DNA of 64,000 nucleotides from an uncultured Gammaproteobacteria bacterium (GTDB lineage Bacteria; Pseudomonadota; Gammaproteobacteria; Chromatiales; Chromatiaceae): NCBI GenBank assembly GCA_937862735.1, contig CALMDH010000243.1, positions 1,423 to 65,422 of the forward strand, read 5' to 3'. Shown piece by piece: positions 6,299 to 16,093 of this stretch (position 1 is its first letter; each line of letters starts with the position of its first letter). The notes under the pieces were generated by a model. It saw only the letters and a program-made list of their open reading frames with translations, ran no database searches and was not told where the DNA came from. The position numbers and the translations under genes were made by a program.

Positions 6299-9200
6299 AT
6301 GAGCGACGAAGTTGGTCAGGGAGACAGCCAGCTCCCAGGCTGGCAGTTCTGGATCGACCGGGGCGGGACCTTTACCGATATCGTGGCGCGCCGGCCCGAT
6401 GGCCAGCTCCTGACCCATAAGCTGCTATCGGACAATCCCGAGCGCTATGCAGATGCCGCCCTGCACGGCATCCGTCACCTGCTGGGCCTGGCGGCGGACG
6501 CTCCCATCCCGCCCGGGAACATCGCGGCGGTGAAGATGGGCACCACGGTCGCCACCAACGCCCTGCTGGAGCGGCGTGGTGACCGGACCCTGTTGCTCAT
6601 CACCCGGGGCTTTCGGGATGCCCTGCGCATCGGCTATCAGAACCGCCCCCAGCTCTTCGCCCGGCGGATCGTCCTGCCGGAGCTGCTCTACGAGCGGGTC
6701 GTCGAGGTGCCGGAGCGGGTCTCGGCCCAGGGGGAGGTCCTGGTACCCTTGGATGAAGCCGCCACCCGCGCCGCCCTGGCGGAGGCCTATGGCGACGGCA
6801 TCCGCGCCCTGGCCATCGTCTTTCTTCACGGTTACCGCTATCCCGACCATGAGGCCCAGGCGGCGGCCCTGGCCCGGGCGATCGGCTTCACCCAGGTCTC
6901 TGTCTCTCACCAGGTCAGCCCTCTGCCCAAGCTGGTCGGGCGTGGCGACACCACGGTGGTGGACGCCTATCTCACGCCCATCCTGCGCCGTTATGTCGAT
7001 CAGGTCGCGGCCCAGTTGGGAGGGGAATTCACTGCGGTGCCATGCGGTAGCTCGGCGGGTGGAGATGCTTATCGCTCGCCCATCCTGCAACCTTGTATCA
7101 ATCAGGTCGTCGCCCAGTTTAGAGGGGAAGCGAAGGCGTTCCCCGACGGCGAATCCGCGCAAAATGACACTCGAATGCGGGACGAGGGCTCGATACGGGT
7201 TGGCGATACGGAGGAAAGCGGCGTTAACTGTCATGAGGCGGCAGGACACACCCCTGATAATGAAAGTCCTTCCCGTGACTTTCACGCTAAGGTGCTGCTG
7301 GCGGCGGCGGAGACTAATCCCAGGACGCGCATCCTGTTCATGCAGTCCCACGGTGGACTCGCCGATGCCCGCCACTTCCAGGGCAAGGACAGCATCCTCT
7401 CCGGCCCCGCCGGCGGTCTGGTGGGCGCCGCCCGCACCGCCGCCGCGGCCGGGTTTGACCGCATCATCACCTTCGACATGGGCGGCACCTCAACCGACGT
7501 CGCTCACTATGCCGGTGAATTCGAGCGCGCCTTCGACACCCTGGTCGCCGGCGTGCGGTTGCGGGCGCCCATGCTCCATATCCATACCGTGGCGGCGGGG
7601 GGTGGCTCCATTTGCCGTTTCGACGGCACCCGGCTGCGGGTCGGTCCCGCCTCCGCCGGGGCCAATCCAGGCCCAGCCTGCTACCGGCGGGGCGGTCCCC
7701 TGACCCTGACCGACTGCAACCTGCTGCTGGGGCGGATTCAGCCGGACTGCTTCCCCCAGGTCTTCGGCCCCGACCAACGCCAGCCCCTGGACCGGAACAT
7801 CGTCCACCAGCGCTTCGCCACCCTGGCCGCGGAGGTCGCGGCCGCCACCGGCCAGCACTTGACCCCCATGGCCCTGGCGGAGGGCTTCCTGCGCATCGCC
7901 GTGGAGAATATGGCCAATGCCATCAAGCACATCTCCACCCAGCGCGGTTACGACGTCACCACCTATACCCTGTGCTGCTTCGGCGGCGCCGGCGGCCAGC
8001 ATGCCTGCGCCGTGGCCGATGCCCTGGGGATGCCGACCATCCTCATCCACCCCCTGGCGGGCATGCTGTCCGCCTATGGCATGGGCTTGGCGGAGACGCG
8101 GCTGCTCAAGGAACGGGCACTGGAGATGCCCCTGACCGCGGACCTGATCCCGGCGCTGGGGGCCGCCTGGGCCGAGCTGGAGGCCGCCGGCAGCGCCGAG
8201 ATGATGGCGCAAGGTCTGCCCCCCGACCACCTGCGCGCCCAAGGCAACATGCGGCTGCGTTACGCCGGCAGCGACACGGCCCTAAGCATCCCCGTCCCTG
8301 AATGGGCGAAGGGGGCAACGTCCCCGTCCTGGCCATGGGGTGGAAGCCCGCAAGCGGGGCGCGACCCGAAAAGGCCTGGCCTGGCGGGGCTCGCGCCTGC
8401 GGCAGGCGAAGAGGCAGGGCTCGATTCAGTAGGGCTCGATCTGGAGGGCCTGGCCGACCGCTTCGCCGCCGCCCATCGCCAGCGGTTCGGTTTCGTCATG
8501 ACGGACAAGGCGTTGGTAGTGGAGGCGGTGACGGTGGAGGTCATCGGTGAGGAATTCACCGCCGAGACCAAGATCGGTGGGTGGGCCGGGCTTACCACCC
8601 TCCCCTCCCTTGGAGCGGATTCGCCTGCTCGGGCCAATACCTCCGACGCCATCTCCCTGGCCAATAACCTCAGCAAGATGCCCTCCATCCCCGCTGCCCC
8701 TGTCTCCCCAAACCCCACCAGAGCCAATCCCGCCAGCGCCAGCCCGAACCCTGCCAGTGACGACTCCTCCAGCGGCCCCCAGAAATCAGCCAGCGCCAAC
8801 CCTACCCGCGCCACCCTGCCCCTTCACCTGGCGGGCCAGGATCATGCCGTCCCCCTCTTCCAGCGTGGCGCCCTGCGGGCCGGGGAGATGATCCCCGGGC
8901 CGGCCATCGTCAGCGAGGACGGGGCCACCACCCTGATCGAGCCCGGCTGGCAGGCCGAGGTACGGCCAGGCGGCGAGCTGGTCCTGACCCGCCACGAGCC
9001 CCGCCCGGCGCGGGTCGCCGTCGGCACGGCCGTCGATCCCATCCTGTTGGAGGTCTTCAACAATCTCTTCATGGCCATCGCCGAACAGATGGGGGTGACC
9101 CTGGCCAACACCGCCCACTCGGTGAACATCAAGGAACGCCTGGACTTTTCCTGCGCCCTCTTCGACCGCGACGGCCAGCTCATCGCCAACGCCCCCCACA

Positions 9201-10600
9201 TCCCCGTCCACCTGGGCTCCATGGGGGAGGCGGTGCGGGCCCTGATCCAGTCCCGTGGCGACCAGTTCCAGCCCGGGGACGTCTACGCCAGCAACGCCCC
9301 CTATAGCGGCGGGACTCACCTGCCGGACGTGACCGTCATCACCCCGGTCTTCGCGGAGACCGCGGCGACGACAGCGGTGTTCTACGTCGCCTCCCGTGGT
9401 CACCATGCCGACATCGGCGGCATCACCCCCGGCTCCATGCCGCCGGACAGCGTCACCATCGACCAGGAGGGGGTGCTGCTCGAAAATTTCCTTCTGGTGC
9501 GCAACGGCCGTTTCCGCGAGGCCGAGCTCCTCGAACGGTTGACCGGTGGCCCCTGGCCGGTACGCAACCCCCGCCAGAACCTGGCTGACCTTCAGGCCCA
9601 GATCGCCGCCAACGAGAAAGGGGCCCGGGAACTGCGGCGCATGGTCGCCCACTATGGCCGGGCGGTAGTCGCGGCCTACATGGGCCATGTCCAGGACAAC
9701 GCCGCCGAACAGGTCCGTCGCGCCTTGGACCGCCTCCAGGATGGTGACTTCGCCGGTGAGATGGATAACGGCGCCGTCATCCGCGTCGCCATCCGCCTGG
9801 ACCGGGTGCGCCGTGCCGCCCGCATCGACTTCACCGGCACCTCGCCCCAGCAGCCCAGCAATTTCAACGCCCCCCGCGCCATCACCCTGGCGGCGGTGCT
9901 CTACGTCTTCCGCACCCTGGTGGACGACGACATCCCCCTCAACGCCGGCTGCCTGCGCCCCCTGGAAATCGTCATCCCCCCGGGCAGCCTGCTCGACCCC
10001 CGCCCCCCGGCGGCGGTGGTTGCCGGCAACGTCGAGACCTCCCAGTGCCTGGTCGATACCCTCTACGGTGCCCTCGGCCTGCTGGCCGCCTCCCAGGGCA
10101 CCATGAACAACCTGACCTTCGGCAACGAGCGCCATCAGTATTACGAGACCATCTGCGGCGGCGCCGGGGCGGGTCCGGGTTTCGACGGGGCCTCCGCGGT
10201 ACACACCCACATGACCAACTCCCGACTCACCGATCCGGAGATCCTGGAGTGGCGCTTCCCGGTGCGGGTGGAGGAGTTCAGCATCCGCCGGGGGAGCGGC
10301 GGCGCCGGTCGCTGGCGCGGCGGTAACGGCGTCGTCCGCCGGCTGCGCTTCCTGGAGCCGATGACCGCCGCCATCCTCTCCGGCCGTCGTCGCATCCCGC
10401 CCTTCGGGCTGCAAGGCGGCGGCCCTGGCCAGGTGGGACGGAACGCCGTGATCAGGGCCGACGGCCGAACAGAGGAACTGGCCGCCACCGCCGGGACCGC
10501 CATGCAGGCCGGGGACGCCATCCTGATCGAGACGCCGGGTGGTGGGGGTTATGGGGTCGAGGACAGTTCCCCTGACCCGCTCAGGATCGTGGACGTCTGA
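6299..10600 (+). CDS. 5-oxoprolinase / hydantoinase A+B fusion (HyuA-HyuB family), unusually long because of two in-frame insertions
   Basis: 1433 aa. The N-terminus has [16 protein letters not shown] (hydantoinase A), followed by FMQSHGGL and [10 protein letters not shown]. The C-terminal half ([20 protein letters not shown]..., [32 protein letters not shown]) is the hydantoinase B/oxoprolinase domain. Confidence 0.85.
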   Translation: MSDEVGQGDSQLPGWQFWIDRGGTFTDIVARRPDGQLLTHKLLSDNPERYADAALHGIRHLLGLAADAPIPPGNIAAVKMGTTVATNALLERRGDRTLLLITRGFRDALRIGYQNRPQLFARRIVLPELLYERVVEVPERVSAQGEVLVPLDEAATRAALAEAYGDGIRALAIVFLHGYRYPDHEAQAAALARAIGFTQVSVSHQVSPLPKLVGRGDTTVVDAYLTPILRRYVDQVAAQLGGEFTAVPCGSSAGGDAYRSPILQPCINQVVAQFRGEAKAFPDGESAQNDTRMRDEGSIRVGDTEESGVNCHEAAGHTPDNESPSRDFHAKVLLAAAETNPRTRILFMQSHGGLADARHFQGKDSILSGPAGGLVGAARTAAAAGFDRIITFDMGGTSTDVAHYAGEFERAFDTLVAGVRLRAPMLHIHTVAAGGGSICRFDGTRLRVGPASAGANPGPACYRRGGPLTLTDCNLLLGRIQPDCFPQVFGPDQRQPLDRNIVHQRFATLAAEVAAATGQHLTPMALAEGFLRIAVENMANAIKHISTQRGYDVTTYTLCCFGGAGGQHACAVADALGMPTILIHPLAGMLSAYGMGLAETRLLKERALEMPLTADLIPALGAAWAELEAAGSAEMMAQGLPPDHLRAQGNMRLRYAGSDTALSIPVPEWAKGATSPSWPWGGSPQAGRDPKRPGLAGLAPAAGEEAGLDSVGLDLEGLADRFAAAHRQRFGFVMTDKALVVEAVTVEVIGEEFTAETKIGGWAGLTTLPSLGADSPARANTSDAISLANNLSKMPSIPAAPVSPNPTRANPASASPNPASDDSSSGPQKSASANPTRATLPLHLAGQDHAVPLFQRGALRAGEMIPGPAIVSEDGATTLIEPGWQAEVRPGGELVLTRHEPRPARVAVGTAVDPILLEVFNNLFMAIAEQMGVTLANTAHSVNIKERLDFSCALFDRDGQLIANAPHIPVHLGSMGEAVRALIQSRGDQFQPGDVYASNAPYSGGTHLPDVTVITPVFAETAATTAVFYVASRGHHADIGGITPGSMPPDSVTIDQEGVLLENFLLVRNGRFREAELLERLTGGPWPVRNPRQNLADLQAQIAANEKGARELRRMVAHYGRAVVAAYMGHVQDNAAEQVRRALDRLQDGDFAGEMDNGAVIRVAIRLDRVRRAARIDFTGTSPQQPSNFNAPRAITLAAVLYVFRTLVDDDIPLNAGCLRPLEIVIPPGSLLDPRPPAAVVAGNVETSQCLVDTLYGALGLLAASQGTMNNLTFGNERHQYYETICGGAGAGPGFDGASAVHTHMTNSRLTDPEILEWRFPVRVEEFSIRRGSGGAGRWRGGNGVVRRLRFLEPMTAAILSGRRRIPPFGLQGGGPGQVGRNAVIRADGRTEELAATAGTAMQAGDAILIETPGGGGYGVEDSSPDPLRIVDV

Positions 10601-10640
10601 TACCGGTTGCGGCGGCCGACCGGACCCCTGGCGCCGGCGA

Positions 10641-11903
10641 TTACGGCTGGCCACCGGCCCGGGCCAGAGGCCTGATCAGGAGCCGGTGAGTCAACCAGGC
10701 CCCGACACCGCAGCAGGCCATCACCAGGGCCAGGGGCTGGCCGGTGCCGTCGTGGAGCAGGCCGACCAGGGACCCCGCCAGGGTGGCGAGGAGGAAGCCC
10801 AGGGAGCCGTTGAGGGCGGAGGCGGTGCCGGCCATCTGGCCATGGGTGGCCAGGGCGCAGGCCGTGGCATTGGGCCCGATCCAGCCCAGGCTGCCGATAA
10901 AGAACAGAAAGCCGAGGTTGAAGCCGGCCAGGCTGTCCTGGTCACCGAGGACCATGGCCAGCAATCCCAGCCCCGCCAGAGGTGGCAACCAGAGGGCGCG
11001 GCGCAGGAGCGTGGAGGGGGTCAGCCGTCGCAGGAGCCAGGCATTGACCTGGCTCGCCGCGATCAGGGCCAGGGCGTTGGCGCCGAAAAACCAGCCAAAG
11101 TGCTCCGGCGCCACCCCATAGAACTGGATGAGCAGGAAGGGCGAGCCGGCGATGTAGGCGAACATGCCCGCCCGGGCCAGGCCGGCGCTGATCACGTAGC
11201 CGACAAAGGCGCGCTGGCGGAGTAGGTAGGCGTAATTGCCCGCCACCCGCCGCAGCCGCAGGGGTGGCTCGTGGCAGGTGTCATGGGTCTCCGGCAAGCC
11301 CCGGGCGATGGCCAGGAGGCAGAGGACGCCAAAGCCGGCCAGGACGAGAAAGAGGGCGCGCCAGTCCCAAAAGTTCAGGAGCCAGCCGCCCAGCAGCGGC
11401 GCCAGGATCGGCGCCAGACCCATGACCAGGATCAGCAGGGAGAAGACCCGGGCCGCCTCGCGCACCCCCATGCGGTCCCGCACCATGGCACTGGTCACCA
11501 CCATGCCGGCGCAGCCCCCGAGGCCCTGCAGGAACCGGCCGATGATCAGGATCGCCAGGCTGTCCGCCAGGGCGCAGCCCAGGGAGGCGAGGGTGAAGAG
11601 GGCATAACCGAAATAGAGGGGGGGCTTGCGGCCAAAGCGGTCGCTGAGGGGGCCATAGCCCAGTTGTCCCAGGGTCAGGCCGATGAAGAAGGCCGCCAGG
11701 GTGAACTCCAGGGTCCCCGGCTCCACACCCAGGGCCCGCTCTACCAGAGGGAAGCTGGGCAGGTACATGTCGATGGATAGGGGAGCGACGGCGGTCAGCA
11801 TACCCAGGAGGACGATCCAGACCCCCAGTCGCCGGCGGCTAAGCCGGGCGGGAATGGCGGTGGAAGGGGAGGAGATGTTCGAAGCGGGCGGGGGGACGGA
11901 CAT
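10641..11903 (-). CDS. MFS transporter, Bcr/CflA-like drug efflux family
   Basis: Start moved to the ATG at 11903 (MSVPPPASN...). It has 12-TM-like hydrophobic periodicity. LSIDMYLPSFP and GPLSDRFGRKPPL are MFS signature motifs. Confidence 0.75.
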   Translation of the reverse strand: MSVPPPASNISSPSTAIPARLSRRRLGVWIVLLGMLTAVAPLSIDMYLPSFPLVERALGVEPGTLEFTLAAFFIGLTLGQLGYGPLSDRFGRKPPLYFGYALFTLASLGCALADSLAILIIGRFLQGLGGCAGMVVTSAMVRDRMGVREAARVFSLLILVMGLAPILAPLLGGWLLNFWDWRALFLVLAGFGVLCLLAIARGLPETHDTCHEPPLRLRRVAGNYAYLLRQRAFVGYVISAGLARAGMFAYIAGSPFLLIQFYGVAPEHFGWFFGANALALIAASQVNAWLLRRLTPSTLLRRALWLPPLAGLGLLAMVLGDQDSLAGFNLGFLFFIGSLGWIGPNATACALATHGQMAGTASALNGSLGFLLATLAGSLVGLLHDGTGQPLALVMACCGVGAWLTHRLLIRPLARAGGQP

Positions 11904-12361
11904 GGTCGGGATATTAGCCCAAGCCGGAGGCTCCCGCCCGGCCCAGTGCGTTCCCCGTACGTTCGCCATGCGTGCTCCGTGCCCGCCCCGTGCGGGAGCC
12001 ATACTGGTCCGAGCTGATCCAGGCACTTAGCTCGCACCCCGATCCAGGTTGGCTTCCTACTCCGAAACTGGCCCCCGGACCAGCTCATCGCAAGACCTCG
12101 CGCTCTCCCAACCCCTTTCCTCCCCCCACCCCTCCCCCCACAATAGGCGCCTCAGGCAGCAGCAGATTTCATCCTCACCATTGGACCTCAGCCGAGTCCA
12201 CCCCCACTTACCTGACTTGCCACCCGAATTGCCATCCGACTTGTCTTAAGCATCCAGCCTGGGTACGGCAGCCCGGGCGACCCCAGCGATCCATCAAGAT
12301 CAACCAGAACCACCCCCACCGCACCCGTCCTGAACCTGTTGCCCGACCCTAACCACCCGGA

Positions 12362-13651
12362 ATGAAAATCTATAACCTCTTCCCCCTGTTGGCGGGGCCC
12401 TTCCCGCACTGGACGCCCCATCTGGAGCGCGCCGCGGCCATGGGTTTCGACTGGGTCTTCGTCAACCCCATCCAGCCGCCTGGCCAATCGGGGAGCCTCT
12501 ATTCCATCCGTGATTATTTCGGCGTCAACCCCGCCCTCCTGACTCCGGGCTCGCGTAAAGGCCCGGAGACCCAGGTCAGGGAGATGGTCAAGGTGGCCGA
12601 GAAACTGGGGCTGCGGCTAATGATCGACCTGGTCATCAATCACTGCGCCGTGGATTCCCCCCTGACCCAGCAGCACCCAGACTGGTTCCGGCGCGAGGGC
12701 GGTCGCATCGCCCATCCCTTCTGCGTGGAGGAGGACGGCACCCGGGTGGTGTGGGAGGACCTGGCCCAGTTCGACCACCGCCATTCACCGGACGCCCAGG
12801 GTCTGCTGGAATATGCTGATAAGGTGGTCGAGCACCTGATCGGCCTGGGCTTCACCGGCTTCCGCTGCGACGCCGCCTATCAGATCCCCACCGACTTCTG
12901 GCGGCGCCTGATCCAGGACGTCAGGCAGCGGCATCCCGGCACCCGGTTCGTCGCCGAGACCCTGGGCTGTTCCCCGGATCAGACCCGGCAGACGGCCGCC
13001 GCCGGCTTCGATGCCATCTTCAACAGCGCCAAGTGGTGGGACTTCTCCAGCCCCTGGCTGCTGGAGCAGTACGAGCTGACGCGGCAGATCGCTCCCTCCA
13101 TCGGCTTCCCCGAGAGCCACGACACCGAGCGCCTTTACGCCGAGTCCGGCCACAACGTCAACGCCCTCAAGCAGCGCTATCTCTTCACCGCCCTCTTTTC
13201 AACCGGGGTCATGCTGCCCATGGGCTACGAGTATGGCTTCCAGCGCCGCCTGCACGTGGTCAAGACCCGCCCCGAGGACTGGGAGGTACCCGCGGTGGAC
13301 CTGACCGGCTTCATCGCCACCGTCAACCGCATCAAGGCTAGCCATCCGGTCTTTGGCGAGGATGGCCTCCTCCAGCGCCTGGAGTCCCCCAACCCGGCCA
13401 TCCTGCTGCTGTGGCAGGCCTCCACCCAAGGCCAGGGCCAGGCCCTGCTGGTGCTGAACAAGGACCCCTGGCAACGGCAGCACTTCCATTGCGACGACCT
13501 CTATCGCCTGGTGCAGGCCCCGCCGCCCCTCCTCGACGTGTCCCCCGAGTGGGCCATGGACCACCTGCCCACCCCCTTCGATTTCGTTCTGGACCCCGGC
13601 ATGGCGCGGGTCCTCGTCACCCGCCCCAGCCCCACCGCGGAGAAACCCTAG
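12362..13651 (+). CDS. Alpha-amylase family (GH13) protein, GlgE-like catalytic domain
   Basis: 429 aa. Motifs: MKIYNLFPLLAG...MGFDWVFVNPIQPPGQSGSLYSIRDYF, LMIDLVINHCA, GFRCDAAYQIP and ESHDTERL, matching GH13 conserved regions I-IV. Confidence 0.7.
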   Translation: MKIYNLFPLLAGPFPHWTPHLERAAAMGFDWVFVNPIQPPGQSGSLYSIRDYFGVNPALLTPGSRKGPETQVREMVKVAEKLGLRLMIDLVINHCAVDSPLTQQHPDWFRREGGRIAHPFCVEEDGTRVVWEDLAQFDHRHSPDAQGLLEYADKVVEHLIGLGFTGFRCDAAYQIPTDFWRRLIQDVRQRHPGTRFVAETLGCSPDQTRQTAAAGFDAIFNSAKWWDFSSPWLLEQYELTRQIAPSIGFPESHDTERLYAESGHNVNALKQRYLFTALFSTGVMLPMGYEYGFQRRLHVVKTRPEDWEVPAVDLTGFIATVNRIKASHPVFGEDGLLQRLESPNPAILLLWQASTQGQGQALLVLNKDPWQRQHFHCDDLYRLVQAPPPLLDVSPEWAMDHLPTPFDFVLDPGMARVLVTRPSPTAEKP

Positions 13652-13653
13652 CG

Positions 13654-14313
13654 ATGCCCTCCCCTTTCCTGCCCCGCTTCGTCGACCTCCCGGCGGAACT
13701 CCCGATCTTCCCCCTCCCGGGGGCCGTCGCCATGCCGGGCATTCAACTCCCCCTCAACATCTTTGAGCCGCGCTATCTGAACATGGTCCAGGATGCCCTG
13801 GGCACCGATCACCTGATCGGCATGATCCAACCCTTGACCGGGCAGGAGGAAGTAGAGGTCCCGGTCCTGCACAAGGTCGGCTGCGCCGGCCGCATCACCT
13901 CCTATAGCGAGACCAATGACGGCCGCATCGTCATCGTCCTCACCGGAGTCTGTCGTTTCGAGATGCTAGGGGAACTGGAAGAGCGCCATGGCTATCGCCG
14001 GGTCCGCGCCAGTTGGGATCGCTTCGCCCAGGACTTCATGACCGAGCAGGAGGGCATCGTCAACCGCGAGCGCTTTCTGACCTCCCTGCGCCAATATGTG
14101 CGTCCCCGCGGGGTCGAGATCCCCTGGGACGACCTCAAGGCCATGGCGGACCTGGACCTGGTGAACCTACTCACCGCCCACCTGCCCCTAGCCCCCGAGG
14201 ACAAGCAGGCCCTGATCGAGACCAATACCCTGCGGGACCGCGCCGAACTGATGCGCGGCCTGATGGACATGGCCTCGGCCTCTAGCGTCGAAGGGGTGGA
14301 GCAGCGTCACTGA
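13654..14313 (+). CDS. LON N-terminal substrate-binding domain protein
   Basis: Start moved to the ATG at 13654, 3 nt after the upstream stop. LPIFPLPGAVAMPGIQLPLNIFEPRYLNMV is the LON-N (PUA-like) domain signature. Confidence 0.7.
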   Translation: MPSPFLPRFVDLPAELPIFPLPGAVAMPGIQLPLNIFEPRYLNMVQDALGTDHLIGMIQPLTGQEEVEVPVLHKVGCAGRITSYSETNDGRIVIVLTGVCRFEMLGELEERHGYRRVRASWDRFAQDFMTEQEGIVNRERFLTSLRQYVRPRGVEIPWDDLKAMADLDLVNLLTAHLPLAPEDKQALIETNTLRDRAELMRGLMDMASASSVEGVEQRH

Positions 14314-15067
14314 GCACGTCGGGACCAAAGACGATCTGGCCCACCCGGCCATCGTCCAGATAGAGCCCGCCGATGCCATCCCGCCCGTCGCGATCCCGCA
14401 CCACCTGGGCCCAGCCACGGCCGCCATCGCTGCACGCGACCTTGAACACCGCCTGGGCGTCGCCGGCGAAGGCGTCATAGCCCCCCCGGCAGGACAGGTT
14501 GGTCGAGCTGACCCGAAAACCGGCGGCGAAGGGCTGCGACCAGTAACGGCCCTGGAGGGTGTCACCCGCCAGCACCACGGCGAAGGGGCCGGCGGTGGCG
14601 GTGCCCGGTGGATCGTCCTCCCCCTTGGCCTGGCGGTACCGGGCCCAGACGCGATTGACGCAGGTGGCGTAGGTGGCGGGCTCCACGCCACGGCACAGGA
14701 GGGCGCCATAATCCTCTGCCGTCACCGGCGAATAGACGGCACCCCAACGTTCCGGTTCCTCGGTCGTCCCGAAGCCGGCGAAGATGCCGCAGAGGCCCAC
14801 GGGCTGATTGGCGGTCCCGGCGAAGCGATTGAACTCCGTGGCCGGCATCCGGCTACAACAGCCGCCGAGGATGAGAGCGAGGCCCAGGCCGATGAGCAGC
14901 GCGAGGAGCGGGGCCAGACCGGTCCGGATACCAGTCCGGGTCCGAGTCCGGGTCCAGGTTGGGTGCCCGGTCCGGAACCAGGTCCGGGTACAGTTTGGGT
15001 GCCAGGTCGCAGGCCAGGTCCTGGTCCAGGGCCGGGGCCAGCTCCAGGTCCGGGTCCAGATCGCCAA
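14282..15067 (-). CDS. Putative lipoprotein; true start uncertain
   Basis: Lipobox LALILGGC preceded by a hydrophobic stretch. The mature part has no recognisable motif. The only ATG (15067) gives about 45 N-terminal residues encoded by a 12-nt repeat array. That ATG abuts the stop of the upstream piuC-like gene. Confidence 0.5.
   Translation of the reverse strand: MAIWTRTWSWPRPWTRTWPATWHPNCTRTWFRTGHPTWTRTRTRTGIRTGLAPLLALLIGLGLALILGGCCSRMPATEFNRFAGTANQPVGLCGIFAGFGTTEEPERWGAVYSPVTAEDYGALLCRGVEPATYATCVNRVWARYRQAKGEDDPPGTATAGPFAVVLAGDTLQGRYWSQPFAAGFRVSSTNLSCRGGYDAFAGDAQAVFKVACSDGGRGWAQVVRDRDGRDGIGGLYLDDGRVGQIVFGPDVLSDAAPPLRR
14919..15063. repeat. 12-nt periodic degenerate tandem repeat (about 12 units, CCAGGTCCGGGT-like)
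   Basis: Units read by eye: ccagtccgggtc / cgagtccgggtc / caggttgggtgc / ccggtccggaac / caggtccgggta / cagtttgggtgc / caggtcgcaggc / caggtcctggtc / cagggccggggc / cagctccaggtc / cgggtccagatc. Several reading frames are open across it, as the overlapping ORFs in the track show. Confidence 0.7.
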
Positions 15068-15742
15068 CTAGAGCTCCGCCCACATGCGCATGAGGTTGGC
15101 ATAGGACCGGTCCACGTAGCCGGTGGTCGGGGTCCCCGGGGCCTCCTTGAGCAGGGCCTCCCGGGCCAAATTGAGTTCATAGAGCAGTTCGCGGCGGGCG
15201 GCGTCACGGACATAGCTCTGAATCCAGGTCAGGGCCACCAGGCGCTCGCCACGGCTGACGGGGGCCACCTGATGCAGGCTGGCGGAGGGATAGACCACCG
15301 CATCCCCGGCCGGAAGCTTGACCTTCTGGTCACCGAAGGGGGTGCGCACCACCAGCTCCCCGCCGTCATAGCTGTCCGGCGGATTGAGGAAGATGGTCAT
15401 GGAGACGTCGCTGCGGAAGCGCGGTCCGGTGGTGCCCATGATGGGGTCGTCCACGTGATCGCCGTAGGTCATGCCCGGCTCGTAGCGGGCGATGATGGGG
15501 TCGGCGACCCGGTGCGGCAGAGCGCCGAAACGGAAGGTGGCGTTGTGTCCCAGGCTGGCCATGATGACGCGGATCAGCCGCCGCATGCGCTGCTCGTCCA
15601 CCGCCAGTTCCAGGTTGTGCTTAACCCGGGCGGCGGCAAAACCGGCGGTCAGGCGACCGTCGACGAAACTGGCCCCCTCCAGGATCTCGTGGATCTTGTC
15701 CACCTGGGCGGAATTGAGTAGGCCGGGAATGGTGAGGAGCAT
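15068..15742 (-). CDS. Fe(II)/2-oxoglutarate-dependent PKHD-type hydroxylase (PiuC/YbiX-like)
   Basis: Start moved to the ATG at 15742 (MLLTIPGLLNSAQVDKI...), giving about 225 aa. YEPGMTYGDHVDDP (HxD) and YPSASLHQVAPVSRGERLVALTWIQS match the 2OG-oxygenase fold of the PiuC family. Confidence 0.75.
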   Translation of the reverse strand: MLLTIPGLLNSAQVDKIHEILEGASFVDGRLTAGFAAARVKHNLELAVDEQRMRRLIRVIMASLGHNATFRFGALPHRVADPIIARYEPGMTYGDHVDDPIMGTTGPRFRSDVSMTIFLNPPDSYDGGELVVRTPFGDQKVKLPAGDAVVYPSASLHQVAPVSRGERLVALTWIQSYVRDAARRELLYELNLAREALLKEAPGTPTTGYVDRSYANLMRMWAEL

Positions 15743-15779
15743 GGACAAGTTCCTCCGTGGAGGGTTGGATAAAGCCTCG

Positions 15780-15985
15780 TCTAGCGCTTCGCGTGACGCG
15801 CATGCCGATCCTGGAGCTCGGCTCTCGGCGCTTGGCGTGGCGCGCGGGTCGCTCCTGATCCTGGCGCTCGACGCTGGGCGCGTTGCGCTTGTTGATCTTG
15901 GTGCCTGGCGCTTGGTATTGGCATTTGCTGCGATGCGCTCGTCGATCGTGGCGCTTACCTCTCGGCGCCTGACGATGATGGAACC
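15780..15985. promoter_or_regulatory. Cluster of degenerate GCGCT-N-GATC-N-TGG repeats in a divergent intergenic region
   Basis: Copies seen: ...GCCGATCCTGG, CGCTCCTGATCCTGG, GCGCTTGTTGATCTTGG, GCGCTTGGTATTGG, GCGCTCGTCGATCGTGG and GCGCCTGACGATGATGG. Four of them contain GATC. The cluster lies between the piuC-like gene (minus strand) and the ORF at 16094 (plus strand). Confidence 0.4.
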
Positions 15986-16093
15986 TGGGCGATGGCGCGG
16001 CCGCCTCCCGCGCCCGACCACCGCCCTGGGCTGGCCACCACCGGTATTTTGCTAGAATGCCCCATCCCGTCCACGTGCGAAAGAGGAACCGCC

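Noticed and set aside
6160-6300. Minus-strand fragment translating to ..[32 protein letters not shown].. upstream of the oxoprolinase gene, possibly a toxin-antitoxin or other gene remnant
   Set aside because: It is short, has no start or stop context, and I cannot match it to a family. The evidence is insufficient to annotate it.
11904-12361. C-rich polypyrimidine tracts (..CCTTTCCTCCCCCCACCCCTCCCCCCAC..) in the 458-nt intergenic region between the MFS and GH13 genes
   Set aside because: This is a low-complexity run with no repeat structure, hairpin or ORF that I could support. It may simply be promoter or spacer DNA.
14919-15063. Possible CRISPR array or minisatellite (also 44573-44675)
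   Set aside because: The period is only 12 nt, with no spacer-repeat alternation, and no cas genes are nearby. These are coding or near-coding tandem repeats, not CRISPR.
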